This document shows positions 1 to 12,700 of a stretch of DNA of 64,000 bases, piece after piece. The notes beneath the pieces were generated by a model. It saw nothing but the letters and a program-made list of their open reading frames with translations. It ran no database searches and was not told where the DNA came from. The stretch is from contig JBHGNT010000012.1 of NCBI GenBank assembly GCA_043228905.1, forward strand, positions 14,942,001 to 15,006,000, given 5' to 3'. Within the stretch, counting starts at the first letter, position 1. Each line of letters opens with the position of its first letter. The position numbers and the translations under genes were made by a program. The DNA comes from Azolla caroliniana. Lineage: Eukaryota; Plantae; Polypodiophyta.

Positions 1-194
1 GGGATATTGCTGATTCCATTGCGAAGCGGACACTATCTGAAAGCAATGATTTGCCAGTTGTGGAGAATAGGCACATTTTTATGGAAAGCAGTCATATGTC
101 AGAGGCTGCAAAGGATGCACGAATTGTTAGCATTCTTGTATCCTCTGGCTATCTGGAGTCTTCCACATCTGCTGCAGCTCTTCAAGGCAATATG
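1..194 (+). CDS. DNAI4: DNAI4-like exon (5'-partial)
   Basis: Open frame from position 3 (DIADSIAKRTLSES...LQGNM); GT donor at 195; phase-0 join to the CAG acceptor at 282-284. Confidence 0.7.
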
Positions 195-3100
195 GTGGGT
201 GCCAAATATAATTGCAAAATATGATTACTAAACATGATGAAAATGAAATGAATGTGGAAAAAAGAAAGCTATTCTTCATGGCAGGCTCAGAGAATAGGTG
301 GAGCAGGTAACCGCAGGCAGCAAAGCATGGCTGTAAATACAGCAATGTCGAAAAGAGGCTCTGTTTTTGGAGGCTATATACCTTCAAGAAGAGGCTCTAG
401 AATGGGCAGTGTACTAGCTTCGAGAAGAGAATCTGTTAGTGGAAGTGTGGCTGGTTCCCGTAGAGGTTCTACATCTGGAAGTAATGCTCCATCAAGAAGA
501 GGGTCTACAATGGGGAACATATTATTTCCTGTTAGGGGACCTAAACAAAGTGCAATAGCACCAGATGTTTCTCTTCTAACTAGAGTATCAACTATTGAAA
601 GGCCGATGGGTGGAATAGAAAATGTCACTGGTGCTTTGATGATGGCTGAAGAAACTTCTGGGTCTACTCAAAAGGCTTTTGACCTAAGCAAACTTGTTGG
701 ACTTGACAAGATCCTTGAGATTGCTGAAAGAGCATTGGCTCAAAACAGCTTTCATGATAAGGTCAGTCAGTGAAATTTCTAGCAGCAATATGATCTAATT
801 TTTTCCAAACCAGTTTTATGCAAATGTTTTTGATATCCAATTATGTAGCTTATGTACAGAAACCTGTCATAGATAATAGTTATTGTTGAATCGCCAAATT
901 ATTTTATATTTTATACTATATATACTTGATTATATCACTAAGAACCAAGCACTATATTTGAGCTAAAAATGTTAGGTGTATGCTTCAATATTATGCAATT
1001 AATGTCAGCCATTGGTTTGGTTGGTAGCAAGATTAAGTTATTTTTTATTTATTTTAGAGCTCCAACTTGTTACACATTTTCTGAAGTTACTTTCATGCAC
1101 AGTTCCACTGCCCACTAAAAGCCTGAGTACTCATGTAGAATTTAGAAAGAACAAAAGATATATTAACATCTTTTAAGAGGATAAAATTGTCCTGTAAGAG
1201 ATTATCTCTTGTTTGGTCTTATGGGCCATTTTGGCCTCTTAAAAGACGTTAATATTTCTTTCTTTCTTTTTACTTATCAGACTTTGATAATAATATTTAT
1301 AGGCGTGCATGCTAGATGTAACCATACTTAGTGGTACATATTAATGATCTTTGATAAACTAATACAGGAAGAAATCGTGAAATAATTGTGTCAGTATCCT
1401 TTTCATGCAATTCAAAGCAGAGGAACTTGCTATGGAGAAAACTATTCTTTGTTGTATAGTCATTATTTGTGGTGAATGGTGTCTCTCAAACTACAAATGT
1501 AAATTTTTGATCATGTGTTCTGCATTAGAGTTCCAAATCTACTTCTAGCATTCTGTTCCACTAGAAGTGAAGAAAAATCTGGAACTGGTACCATGACTCC
1601 ATGTTTGCATGTTACCTGATAGCTAAACATATTCTAGTTTGGATTGCTGAGAATCTCTTTTAATAAGAAAAAAAGAAATCTATATTAACTTCTTTGATGA
1701 GGTCAAAATGGCCTATAATACTGAACAAGTGAAACTTCTGTAATATGTGCATCATTCATGAACATAATTTGATCAAGAGGATTGGAAAGTAGGTTAACAA
1801 AAAACCTTCTTGCTACAGCTTTTGTTTTATCGAGATTTTAGACCAAGGGATATGTCAGAAGAAGAAGAGCCATCTTCACCTACTTGCATAGCTAGCAAAC
1901 TTGAAGATCCTGCCCATACAGCAAAACATTTGAGCTGGCTGTGGGATTTCAACTGTGATATGACAGAAGGTCGAAATATTAGTTGCTTAGCATGGAACAA
2001 GGTGGTGATTCTGATATCTCATACATATGTAATAATATCAATAGGAAATACAGTGTAAGATTGATTGTGTAATATTTTTATATATAAAGCTGTTGATACT
2101 TGTTCTATAGCATAGTAGTATGTGATTTGTATTAGGAAATCCTTTATAATAATTGTGGGTATATTTCATGTGAATATAAAGTACGTTAACAAAAGATGAT
2201 ATGTATTACTGTTACAGGTAAGCAGTGATCTATTAACAGTAGGATATGGTCAGTTTGAATTCTGTTCACAGAAAGATGGTCTAATAGCATTCTGGTCGTT
2301 GAAAAACCCATTCTATCCACATGCAACAATACTTGCAACTTCTGGTGTCACAGCACTAGATTTTTCGTCTTCAAGTCCCAATTTGCTTGCAGGTAATGAT
2401 ACTAGTTTTTATTTCAGCAAGGTACGGAGTGTTTTTAGTGCTCCATTGTAAAACAGTATTCTCAGTTTGAAGACTAGAATTCCACTGTGTATTCACGTAT
2501 ATTTAATGCTCAACAAAACTAGAGCATTGATCTGCATATGTTTTTACAAACTTCCTAAGACATTTATGATAGTTTTGATACAAGGACAAGCAACGTTTCC
2601 ACTTGCAGTTTTAATGTTTGTGGATAACTTTTTTTACACTTGATTTCCTCTCAAGACTATTGTAAGTTCTATCATGTCCTTAGTGTTGTGAGCGATCTGT
2701 TGTAAATGTGGATGTTGATGGCATTGAAGTTTGATGATGTAAATGAGGTGGATGATGATATGAAATTATGTGGTGGATGAATGATGGCTGAAAAACTCCA
2801 AACACAGACAAAATACTCTGAAACCAATAGGTTTGATGATTCAATTCTAGAATTCTATATTTTGGCCTTTTGAGCATTAAGATTTGTGAATAGCTTTTTT
2901 CTTTTTAAACTTGATTTCCTCTCAAGAATATTAGTTCTGTTATGTCATTAATGTTGTGAGTGATCTGTACGGCAGACACTTCATAAAATTATGTTTTTGA
3001 GGCACTTCATAAGATGTGAATGTGGATGATGATGAAGTTTGATGTTGTGAACGAGGATAACATTGAGGTCCACAATAGTGTGAAATTATGATGATATTAT

Positions 3101-6100
3101 GTGATTGATGAATGATGGTTGAGAAACCACAAACACTGAAAAAATGCTCCGAAATGCATCCATCTGTTTGATGGTTCATTTCTGGAATTCTATATTGTAG
3201 CATTTTGAAGGAGGCTCCCTCTATAAGTTAAAAGCCCTGAATCTCGTCTTCATTGACGAAATGAAAAATTAAAACTACTCCCACATAAAATCACGAAATG
3301 CTAACGGTTGTTTGGAATGTCTTTATCCTCACTGATGCCTGTATTGGATTGTTACTTTATGCAGTTGGTTTCTACTGTGGCAACGTTGCAATATATGATG
3401 TGAGAAACCCAAAAGATCCAATACCTGTTGTGAAGAGTGGTGTTTCTACAGGGAAACATAATGATCCTGTGTGGAAAGTACAGTGGATTGATTCCAATTC
3501 TGATCATGGAGAATCACTTGTCTCCATATCTACAGATGGAAGGGTTACACAATGGTTCTTGAAAAAGGTAGGGAAGTTTAAGATTACGGTGTATATGCAC
3601 ATTTTTCTTAGTTTAGTGTAATGTCAAATTGCATCATATTATTATCTCATGTTCAGGAGCTTGAGTATGTAACACTAATGACGTTAAAACGAGTACCAAG
3701 CAATAGCAAAGGAGCCCAATCCCAACCATTCATTTCACGACGAGCAGCAGGAATGTGTTTTGATTTCTCCCCACGTGATCCAAAGTAGGCCTTCCCCCTA
3801 CTATACTGAAAGTCAAAACTGACTTTTATCTTTTTATATTGCTAAAAGTCCCATATGCATGTGTGGTTTATGATCTCAGCATATACCTTGTTGGCACTGA
3901 AGAAGGTCGAATTCATAAATGCAGCAGATCCTACAATGAACAATATCTTCGAACATATGTGGGACACACTGGACCTGTGTTTCAGGTATTCAGGGTTTGA
4001 CATGGCTATTTGCAGTTTCTTTGTATGAATGTAATGGTTTGTGCTTATAGCTGAAAAGCTATATATTCATGTCATTCTTCAGTTTTTTTTGTCTGCTTTT
4101 ATATTAATTTGGATCTGTACATTTATAGCTAACCTCTGTTGACGAGATAATGCTTGCTTTTCTTTATAGGTTGGATTTAGTAATGATGTAAATGAACGCT
4201 TTTATGGGTGCACACTTGTTCTTACAGGTAAGGTGGTCACCATTTGTACCTTCCCTGTTTTTGAGCTGTAGCAGTGATTGGACTGTCCGCCTTTGGCAAG
4301 AAGACAAGGTGGGTTTATACGACAGGTTATACACATTTTTAATGGGAATCCATGTAGTGTAGTTTTGTGCTCATCCCAAGCATTTGGATTTTTGGGTCCA
4401 CTTTGTATAGGGAAAATTGAAGTGTTACACATGTTATTGGAGGAGAGGCTAATAATCTAAATAAAATGTTAGTCGGTGAAAGTGTTATATGTGATTAAGA
4501 AGAGGTTAATAATCTAAATGAAATATTGTTAAATTAAGAAAGGAAGAAAGACGATATATTAACGTCTTTTTAATTAGGCAAAATGGCATACAAGACCAAA
4601 CCAGAGATTACATGTTAAAATTTTGTGTTGTCTATTAGAACAAACCAAAATAAATGAAGCTAAGTGAAAAAAGTAAATAAAAATAAAATGTCACTAAAGG
4701 ATCTCGTTATCGATACATGTAAGATTCTCATGTCAGATATATTAAAATCTTTTTATTCGGATGGTCTCTTCCTAGTCACAAGCAAATATTTCCTGTAACA
4801 GGATACAGCACTTCTAGTTTTCCAATCAGGAACTCAAAGTCTACAAGATCTGCGCTGTTCATTAACGAATGCTAGTGTGTTTGGCACTGTCTCTGATAGT
4901 GGTCATTTAGAGGTAATTCTTATAGAATTCTAATTCATAATGCATTCTAATACAAGGGAACGTGATGTCTAAGACATGTATGATCTCATTTGCTGGTTTA
5001 GATCTGGGATTTATCAGTATCGGCAGTTAAACCGACAGTTGTTCAAGACGAGAAAAGAAACTTATCCTGCTTACTATTTTGCCAAACATCTCCTATAGTC
5101 GTAGCAGCTGGGAGCAATGGTGCTGTGTCTGTTTTTAGACTGGTAAGCTCCCATTTTCTACGGCTCATTGCTACGGTGATTGCAAGTAAACTTCAGATAA
5201 TGTCTGGCAAACCACTGTAATCCTAAGAGAATAGTTGTAGATAACAATGTCCAAGATGGAGTTTCAACATTTCCATAAGCAATATGACCATCAAATTGAG
5301 AGTTGATGAGCTTCATCTATGTAGTGTATAGAACACATATATAGATGAAGCTCATCGGCTTTATAACAAGTAATTCATCAGGCATATAACAAGTTTTATA
5401 TGGTTCTTTACTCTTGATGCTCCTCAATTCTGTTTATCATGATTAAAATGTCATTATCTTAAAAGTATGATAATATTATCCCTAATCTTTGATCCTCCAC
5501 TGATTTCAGAATTTCAGTAATGTTATTTCCCTTTCGAAGTCGAATAATAAGGTGATTGGACATTCCTCGTCCACTCTGAGAAGTCTTCTATTGGGATTGG
5601 AGATGAACGGTTGAAAGATACCATTTGAGTATACCCTTGACTGGCTATGTTTGGATGCGATTTCAGAGGAGAAAGGAATACAGTTTACGGACAGATGTCA
5701 TGTAATCGGTCACATGACAAACATGGATCCATCTTAAAATGCAACTAGGCATAAAGATGGCCAATGTACAGTTCCTCATCTTACAATGTCCCTGGAATGT
5801 TTCATTTTTCAAGCCAAGAATATGGAGAGACATGCGACATGCACTCACAGTGATAGGACAGGCCTGGACCTCATCTAATCAACTGAAAATAGAGATTGGA
5901 TGATATACATATAGTGAGGACTGAATCTGCCAGCTTACAATTCAGAACCCGAGTAACATTATGTATGGCATTGGCCTGCCTATTATGAGATCAGAGGGGC
6001 ATTTGAACATCTGTTGAGTGATGGAATGCAATGTCAAATATGCGTAGCCCTCTTCTAGAGTTATGGAAGTCATAGATAGAACCTCTTTTTCAGGGAGAGA

Positions 6101-6956
6101 TTGAGGAAAACACATTATCCACCTAGGCATAGTATTTTGACAGTATTCATTCACACATATACTTCCAGAAACAATTATGGTGTACAAGCAAACATCATTT
6201 TTAAAGTGGATCAACAACTACGAGGATTCATGATTCAGAGGAGTTATGACAAGTAGAGCCATTTCTCCTTGTTGTGGATGCTGCTAAGGCCAACTACAAC
6301 CACGATGACGACCACAACTATGAATCTGATGCGCATATCACAATATCGAAACCATGATCACATGGTCTTGGAGGCACTCTTTTCCCACTGACCTCTCCAT
6401 ATATGGATCACCCAATTGTAGATGCTTTTATATATGAGATCATATGGTCTCATATATGCATACTCTTGAGTATGAAACCATATTCATGCATTCATTTCCC
6501 AGACCAAGTGTTGATCAATGTACTACTTGAACGACAGAAGTGTGAAATCTTTGGGGACAACGGAAGCAATGACTTAAAATCAATGAACATGCAATGACGC
6601 ATTGAAACTGTTCTTTCTACATAGAATATTAGGTTTGTGATGAACTTTATTGCTGATGCATCTGAATCTATGTACTTCTATCGAGCATGAATTACAAAGT
6701 CTGAATTCTGTGGGGACACGGGAAGGGGTGACTTCAAACCAATGAAACATTTGTGCATACGTCAAAACTATTAAGTGAAATTTTCGTACATGATATTGGG
6801 TTTTTGATCAATTTTATGGCTCCGATTCATCTGAGACATGTTATTAATGCATAGGTTGGCTTTGATCCTGAGGAAAAGGAAACAGAAGAGGCTCAAAAGC
6901 TAAGGAAGGCTTTGTCTGCTAATGTTAATGCAAACGATAATACTTTGGCCGAATGA
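1..6956 (+). CDS. DNAI4: Axonemal dynein intermediate chain, WDR78/DNAI4/IC138-like (inner arm I1/f); 5'-partial, 11 exons in window
   Basis: GT-AG exons <1-194, 285-761, 1819-2001, 2218-2392, 3365-3567, 3657-3784, 3880-3985, 4228-4308, 4802-4912, 5002-5142 and 6855-6956 splice with consistent phases into one ORF ending in TGA at 6954-6956. WD40 motifs LWDFNCDMTEGRNISCLAWNK, DLLTVGYGQFEF, WSLKNPFYP, HNDPVWKVQW, LVSISTDGRVTQW, IYLVGTEEGRIHKCSRSYNEQYL and FLSCSSDWTVRLW match the WDR78/IC138 subfamily as I recall it. Confidence 0.9.
285..761 (+). CDS. DNAI4: DNAI4-like exon (Ser/Arg-rich region)
   Basis: AQRIGGAG...ILEIAERALAQNSFHDK; GT donor at 762. Confidence 0.85.
1146..1268. mobile_element. 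Small fold-back MITE-like element in intron
   Basis: AAAGATATATTAACATCTTTTAAGAGG near 1152 is inverted by CCTCTTAAAAGACGTTAATATTTCTTT near 1234-1260; a related partial copy lies at about 4542-4610. Confidence 0.55.
1819..2001 (+). CDS. DNAI4: DNAI4-like exon
   Basis: CAG acceptor 1816-1818; LLFYRDF...SCLAWNK; GT at 2002. Confidence 0.9.
2218..2392 (+). CDS. DNAI4: DNAI4-like exon
   Basis: VSSDLLTVGYGQFEF...SPNLLA; CAG/GT boundaries; phase-1 end. Confidence 0.9.
2630..3205. repeat. Diverged tandem duplication (about 270 bp unit, 2 copies) in intron
   Basis: ACTTGATTTCCTCTCAAGA...GTTGTGAG(C/T)GATCTGT...GATGAATGATGG...GAATTCTATATT occurs at about 2638 and again at about 2909. Confidence 0.8.
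3365..3567 (+). CDS. DNAI4: DNAI4-like exon
   Basis: VGFYCGNVAIYDVR...STDGRVTQWFLKK; CAG/GT boundaries. Confidence 0.9.
3657..3784 (+). CDS. DNAI4: DNAI4-like exon
   Basis: ELEYVTLMTLKR...GMCFDFSPRDP; CAG/GT boundaries; phase-2 end. Confidence 0.9.
3880..3985 (+). CDS. DNAI4: DNAI4-like exon
   Basis: IYLVGTEEGRIHKCSRSYNEQYLRTYVGHTGPVFQ; CAG/GT boundaries. Confidence 0.92.
4228..4308 (+). CDS. DNAI4: DNAI4-like exon
   Basis: VRWSPFVPSLFLSCSSDWTVRLWQEDK; CAG/GT boundaries. Confidence 0.92.
4802..4912 (+). CDS. DNAI4: DNAI4-like exon
   Basis: DTALLVFQSG...VFGTVSDSGHLE; CAG/GT boundaries. Confidence 0.88.
5002..5142 (+). CDS. DNAI4: DNAI4-like exon
   Basis: IWDLSVSAVKP...VVAAGSNGAVSVFRL; TAG/GT boundaries. 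Confidence 0.9.
6855..6956 (+). CDS. DNAI4: DNAI4-like terminal exon
   Basis: TAG acceptor 6852-6854; VGFDPEEKETEEAQKLRKALSAN...AE*, a short helical tail typical of dynein IC C-termini. Confidence 0.8.
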   Translation, partial: VGFDPEEKETEEAQKLRKALSANVNANDNTLAE

Positions 6957-8534
6957 TCCACAATTATTCCATGCCCTTGCAGCCACATTCCAGGGACAAA
7001 TTTTTGGTTGGATCACTCTAGTAATTTAAATCACAACTTTATGTAAAGGTCAATGCCCTTTACCAATTTTGTTTTAGAACAAGCATGTAAATCCGAATAT
7101 GGTTGTTCTCTGTAATAGAAATATATCTCCTTATCTCCCGTGATGATACTTGCATTTTACAATTGGATGGAAGGGGCAGACCAAACATTAGAAGAAATGA
7201 AATTTGTATCTCCTTGCAAATATATAACTGTCATTAGTATTGTTTATGTATATATATTAACGTAAAAGAATGTATGGGACTCGATTTTGATGAAAATATT
7301 GATGATAGGGAGTGAAAGGTATAATAGAAGTTGTATTAATTTAGAATTGCTTAAAAGTAAATACACATAATATGCTATTTCAATCTATAATTGGCATTTT
7401 ATTTAGTGTCCTCAAGAGGCTAATTCAATCTATAATTTGACAACTCGGAGTTCATATAATGGGGCTTATGGAAACTAATGAGGGGCAAACAACATTTATC
7501 TCTTATATTTATATATCTTGAACACATGTACAACTTAAGATGTGTATTTGAAACTAACTGGATTATTCAATCGGAGGTGTGTTAAAAGGAAATGTGTTCT
7601 CAAATTTGAAGCAACTCATAGATTAACTCTTCTAGTTGGTGAAATGATGCTTGAATAGATCTGTTATAGAAAGTGCCATTGTTTCACTCCCATGATCCTC
7701 ATGAAGTATTTACAAAATCAATTGTTTGTTTTCAATCTATACTTTTGTTATAAGTAGATTTAAAAGCCATTCTTTCTCATTACTTTGCACTTAGGATTGT
7801 ATTAATGTTAGCTCATAGATTACTATATTCTTAGTTAAATGGATGCATTGTATATAGTATAAAATATGAAGGGATGTACTACTTGTAGTATTCTTGAAAT
7901 CTTTGTGTTGAAACTAAGTAACTAGTCGTTGTATATAATTGTGTCCAAGCAATTAATAAAAATAAATATTTAATTAAGGTTATCTACCAACTCAAATTTT
8001 GGCAACCAAGATTAATTATGAAACATTCAGCCTATGAACTTGACGCATGTTGAACTTTGGGCAAAATCATGATCCATAGGTGAAAGGAATGTTAAAGGAA
8101 GATGATTAGAGAGAGAGGAAAAAACAATTGCACTTCATTGTTGTCGAGATCATCAAAGTAGATGCTAGTAACCTTGGGGGGGGTGGTTGATTCATGTTGT
8201 CTTGAATGGAGATGCACATGTTATTGAATTCACATCTTGTGTTTATAAATTTCTTTTGTTTTTTATCTTGTTAGGGTTGTGAGTTCATATTGGGGTGTCA
8301 ATGTGTCATTTGGAAATGACCTTTATCCTTCTCGAAGCAGGACCGTGACTAGATGAACTATCACTCAATTCTTCCTTTGGTTTTGAATCTTGTGTTGAGA
8401 TATCAAGATCAAAATGGAGATGTGCAGGAGTATGATGATGCAATCAATGATGATGATGACCAAAGTCATGATCATCATATTCCATGTGACCAAATTGATG
8501 ACATTCCAATAGTTTCACCGCAAGAGGAAGATGT

Positions 8535-9739
8535 TAAGGAGGAACAAATTCAGTGGCACACATGGTAAATGCAATAAACAAGGTGATGAGGGATTGCATT
8601 CCGGACATCACCATGCTGTTTTTGGACGACATCTCGGTAAAGGGGTGTCCGGTGGACCCGCAGGACGAATTAGTTGGAATGGACAAATGTCGGAAATTCG
8701 TTGCGGACCACATCTCCGATTGTGAGAAGATACTGTAGAGGTTGGAGGGTGCTCGAGTTACCTTCTCTAGGGAGAAGTTGACGTTCGGACAATCAGAGGT
8801 CTTGGTGGTCGGACACCTGTGCGGACCATACGGCAGGAAACCGTCTCCGGTGAAGGTAGAAGCCATCTCGGTGATGAAGGAAGAGTGCAGGTCGGTCATG
8901 GAGGTCCGATGGTTCTTGGGAGCGTGCGCCTTTTATCACATTTGGATTCCCCATTATGCGCATATCACCGAGCCCCTCTATGGCTTGCTGAAGAAAGGTC
9001 GGAAATTCGAATGGAGCGAAGAGCACTCGGAGGCGATTCGGAGACTAAAGGGGATGCAGACAGCAACAACGGCTCTCTGGAAAGCGCTGTACAAGAAAGA
9101 CACTCCGATTTACGTCACGGTGGACACAAGTAAGACCGGATTGGATGGGTCATAAACCAGGAAGATGAAGTCAGAATGCGTTTCACCATTCGGTTCAACC
9201 CAAAGGTGCTAAGCGAGTGACAACGAGGATACGCCCAAGTTAAGCGCAAACTATGGGGTATTGTTTTGGTAGTCAAGGCCGACAAGGACTACTTGATCGA
9301 AACAGAGGTGATTATCGAGACAGAATGCATACCGATTCTCGGTATGGTTTCTGGATGTGTGACTCTAGACCTGGTGATGCTCATGTGGATTGTGTATATC
9401 AAGTCCCTGAATCCGGAGATACGGTACATCACCGGAAAAGACAACGCCATGGCCGTTATGCTGTCGAGAGCACGGTATGACGACGAGGATGGCATGGTGT
9501 CCGAGGATGAAGAAGTCGGCGTGGACTTCTTCGAGTTGGCTCGATTGTCGGTGAACAAACGAAGCACTCTGGCCCTGAACGAGTTCGATGAGAATGACTA
9601 TGAAGGGGAGTGGCTTCAGATTGGGAGGTTTCTGAGCACGATGACGAGAGATGCTGTTGGGGACAAGGCCGTCAATGCGGAAGTGCAAGCAACATTCGTG
9701 ATGAAGAAGAACCTGTGTATGTGCATAAGCAAGATAGAT

Positions 9740-9799
<60 letters not shown>

Positions 9800-12700
9800 G
9801 CACAAAACAAATCGTTATATTCCAATAGCAACAGTTACAAAGAATGACAACCGACAACAACCTTAACTAAAGGTTACAAAGTCACTTTATATAGTGACTA
9901 TCTTAGGGCAACTACCCTTTATGCTATTTTCAGAAATAGCCCAAACTTGGGCTGTTTGAAGGGACAGTGTGAATACGGCCATTATACACTTGTATTCGAC
10001 ACTCTCCCGTAATGGGCGTATACATGGGTTATCTAAAAATTACAGGTATGTACAAGGTTGTCAGATAGATCGGTTTTGTTAGAGTCGGCAAGGTCCGAAG
10101 ACAGAAGACTGAACCGGTCGGGTCGGAAGAGCTGAAGCCGATCCTCAAAGAACCGATGTCGGTGGTCTGAAACCATCTTGTTCTATGTGTCCGACTTTAA
10201 CCGGACCGATTTTTCGTTATGCCCATCTGGTGCCGAAGGGACCGGAAACGATCCTCCGAAAGACACTTGGTCATTCCATCTGTGACATTATCGGTTGTGG
10301 ATATTTTCTCGAGACCAAATTTCCCTGAAATTTGATGAATTCTTCAGACTTGAATTCTCCTCCATTGTCGGTTAGGAGACATTTCAGTTTCCGACCGGTC
10401 TGATTTTTGACCATTGCAAGCCATCCGGAGAAGATCGAGAACACCCGATCTTTGGTTCTAATGGGGTAAGCCCACACCTTCCGAGTCGAATCATCAATAA
10501 AACTGACGAAGTACGAAGCACCGCCGAGAGACTAATGTGGCATCGGGCCACAGATGTCCGAGTGGACCAAATCGAGGGGACTCGATTCTCTTGGTGCTGA
10601 TGTCGGGTGTGATGCGGTTACCTGTTTGCCGTACTGGCAATGCTCGCAGAATTGGTGATCCAAGAAGGAGAGTTTGGGGATGTAATCGGCTCTGGATAGG
10701 TGCGTTATGCCGGCCTTGCTAAGGTGTACAAGTCGTCCGTGCCATAACGATGACACGGGGATATCAACAAAAAATAAGTCACCCTCTTTGAGTGTGACAT
10801 ATAAAGGGTACAAGGAATGTACCTTTGGTCCTCAAGCAAGCAGGAGGTTCCCTTTGTGGAGTGTCCACCCTCTTGATGAGAACCCGACACGGATGTCAGC
10901 TTCGTCAAGCTGTCCGACTGAGATCAAGGGTCTTGAGAGCTCAGGAACGTGTCAGACGTTGTGTAGTACGAGTGTAGAGCCACCCGGAAGGTTGAACTCT
11001 ACGGTGCCGATTCTGATTATAGCACAGTGTTGCGAGTTTTCGACTCGAACTGAGTCGGAGTGCCGGTCCAAGTATTGCCGAAACTGAGATCGGGGAGGTG
11101 TCACATGATACGATGCGCCCGAGTCCAGGAGCCATGTGCTCGATTCCTCATTCGTAAGCAAAACTTCTAATTCGACTGGGTTCTCTATGGACAATATGTT
11201 CGGGTCGGTCGTCAAAATTTCAACTGAAGAGCCGACGTAGTTGACCTCCTCATGCCGGCTACTCTTTTGATCCGTTCTCTGAGCTTTGTCGGTTTTTTCT
11301 TTGAGTGCCCGACAGTCGTCTTTGATGTGTCCCGGTTTCTTGCAGTAGTTACAAATTCGGTTGTCCTGGGACTTGTTCCGGCTTCGCTGATTGTTCGGTG
11401 GCCGGGAAGAGCTTCTTCCTCGGTTGTTCGATCGGTTGGTCAAACCTTGTACTACGTAAGCTTCATCTGCCGAGTCTTTGGCGAAAGACTTTCTCCGAGC
11501 TGCTTCAGTCAAGATTGTGCTCGTGACTTTGGAGTACTTAACGGCAGCTGTTGAAGCATTGCACACGGTTGTAACGAAAGTTTCCCATGACGAGGGGAGA
11601 CTACTCATGAGTATCATTGCTCTGAGTTCATCCTCGATTGCCATCCCTTGAGACAAGATTTGTGAGCTTATGCTTTCGTACTCATTGAAGTGTGCCTAAA
11701 CTGAATCAGACTCTTTCATCCGCAAGTTGTAGAGGCGCCGGATCAAATACATCTTCATTGCAGCGGCCTTCTTTTCATAAGTTTCTGAGAGTGTTTTCCA
11801 AAGTTCAAATGCTGTCGAGCATGATTGCATTGTGAAGTACACTGACTCCGACAAGTGCATCCGAATTGTGGCACAAAAAATTCTGTCCAGCTTTAGCCAT
11901 TCGTTTGCCTTGTATGCTTCTAGAGGATTTTCATTCTCAATCGGGTCTATCTGACCCTTGACTATGAGATAGTCCTGCATTTGTTCCTTCCAGAAGTTGA
12001 AGTTCGAACCGTCGAACCTCCTGAGACTCATCTCCGATGAGCCGGATGTTGATGCCATCTGCTTCGGTTTTGGTTGGTAAGACTCGGTTCGGAGTTGACT
12101 ACAAACCTAAGTGGGGTGCAGCCGGTCGGTTCACCCGATATCGTTCTAGTCGGTTTTGAACCCGAGTCGGTTTGGTTTTAGATACTTGTTGTTGAACTTG
12201 CTCGGAGTGACTCCGGTAACTTGAGGGACAGAACTGGCTGGTCTTCCCGAATGTTGCTGAGTCGGAGTGAGCCCGGTTAGCTTCCGATTGTATGCCGAAT
12301 ACCGATTGCAAGAAACTGATTGTTTGGGTCGATTCTGCTTCGGATGACTGCAGCGATGAGAGGGACTGATCCAATTGATCCTCCCGAATGTCGATTAGAC
12401 GAGTGAAGCACGAATTTGGTTGTTGTCTGGAGACCAATTTGCAGCGGGTGGTTACAACAAGCAGGTGAATAGAGTCCGGTGACCTATTCGGATGTTGTTT
12501 AACCGAATGAAGCACGATTGGGCCGGTTGTTGCTCAAGGAGCTCCCCTCAAGCGGTTACAATCACAGGAACAGAGTACATCCGTCTAGCTTACTTCCAAT
12601 TTGTGATTTAACAGATGCAACGTGGAAGAAGGACGAGGAAAGTAGGATCTAGAAGAAGGCGTACTGGTTCTTCCTAAGGAACGGTAAAATCTGGCGGCAT

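Noticed and set aside
252-284. ATG at 252 as the start of the dynein gene
   Set aside because: It lies in a GT-AG intron (195-284) with an open in-phase exon upstream; the gene starts before the window.
5400-8530. Short ORFs in the last intron and the 3' flank
   Set aside because: No recognisable motifs or splice-consistent structure; possibly very old TE debris, but not supportable.
9740-9800. ORFs with ERERER/SLSLSL tracts (also at about 13250, 15620, 24330, 29080 and 39550)
   Set aside because: Translations of (GA)n microsatellites inside LTRs.
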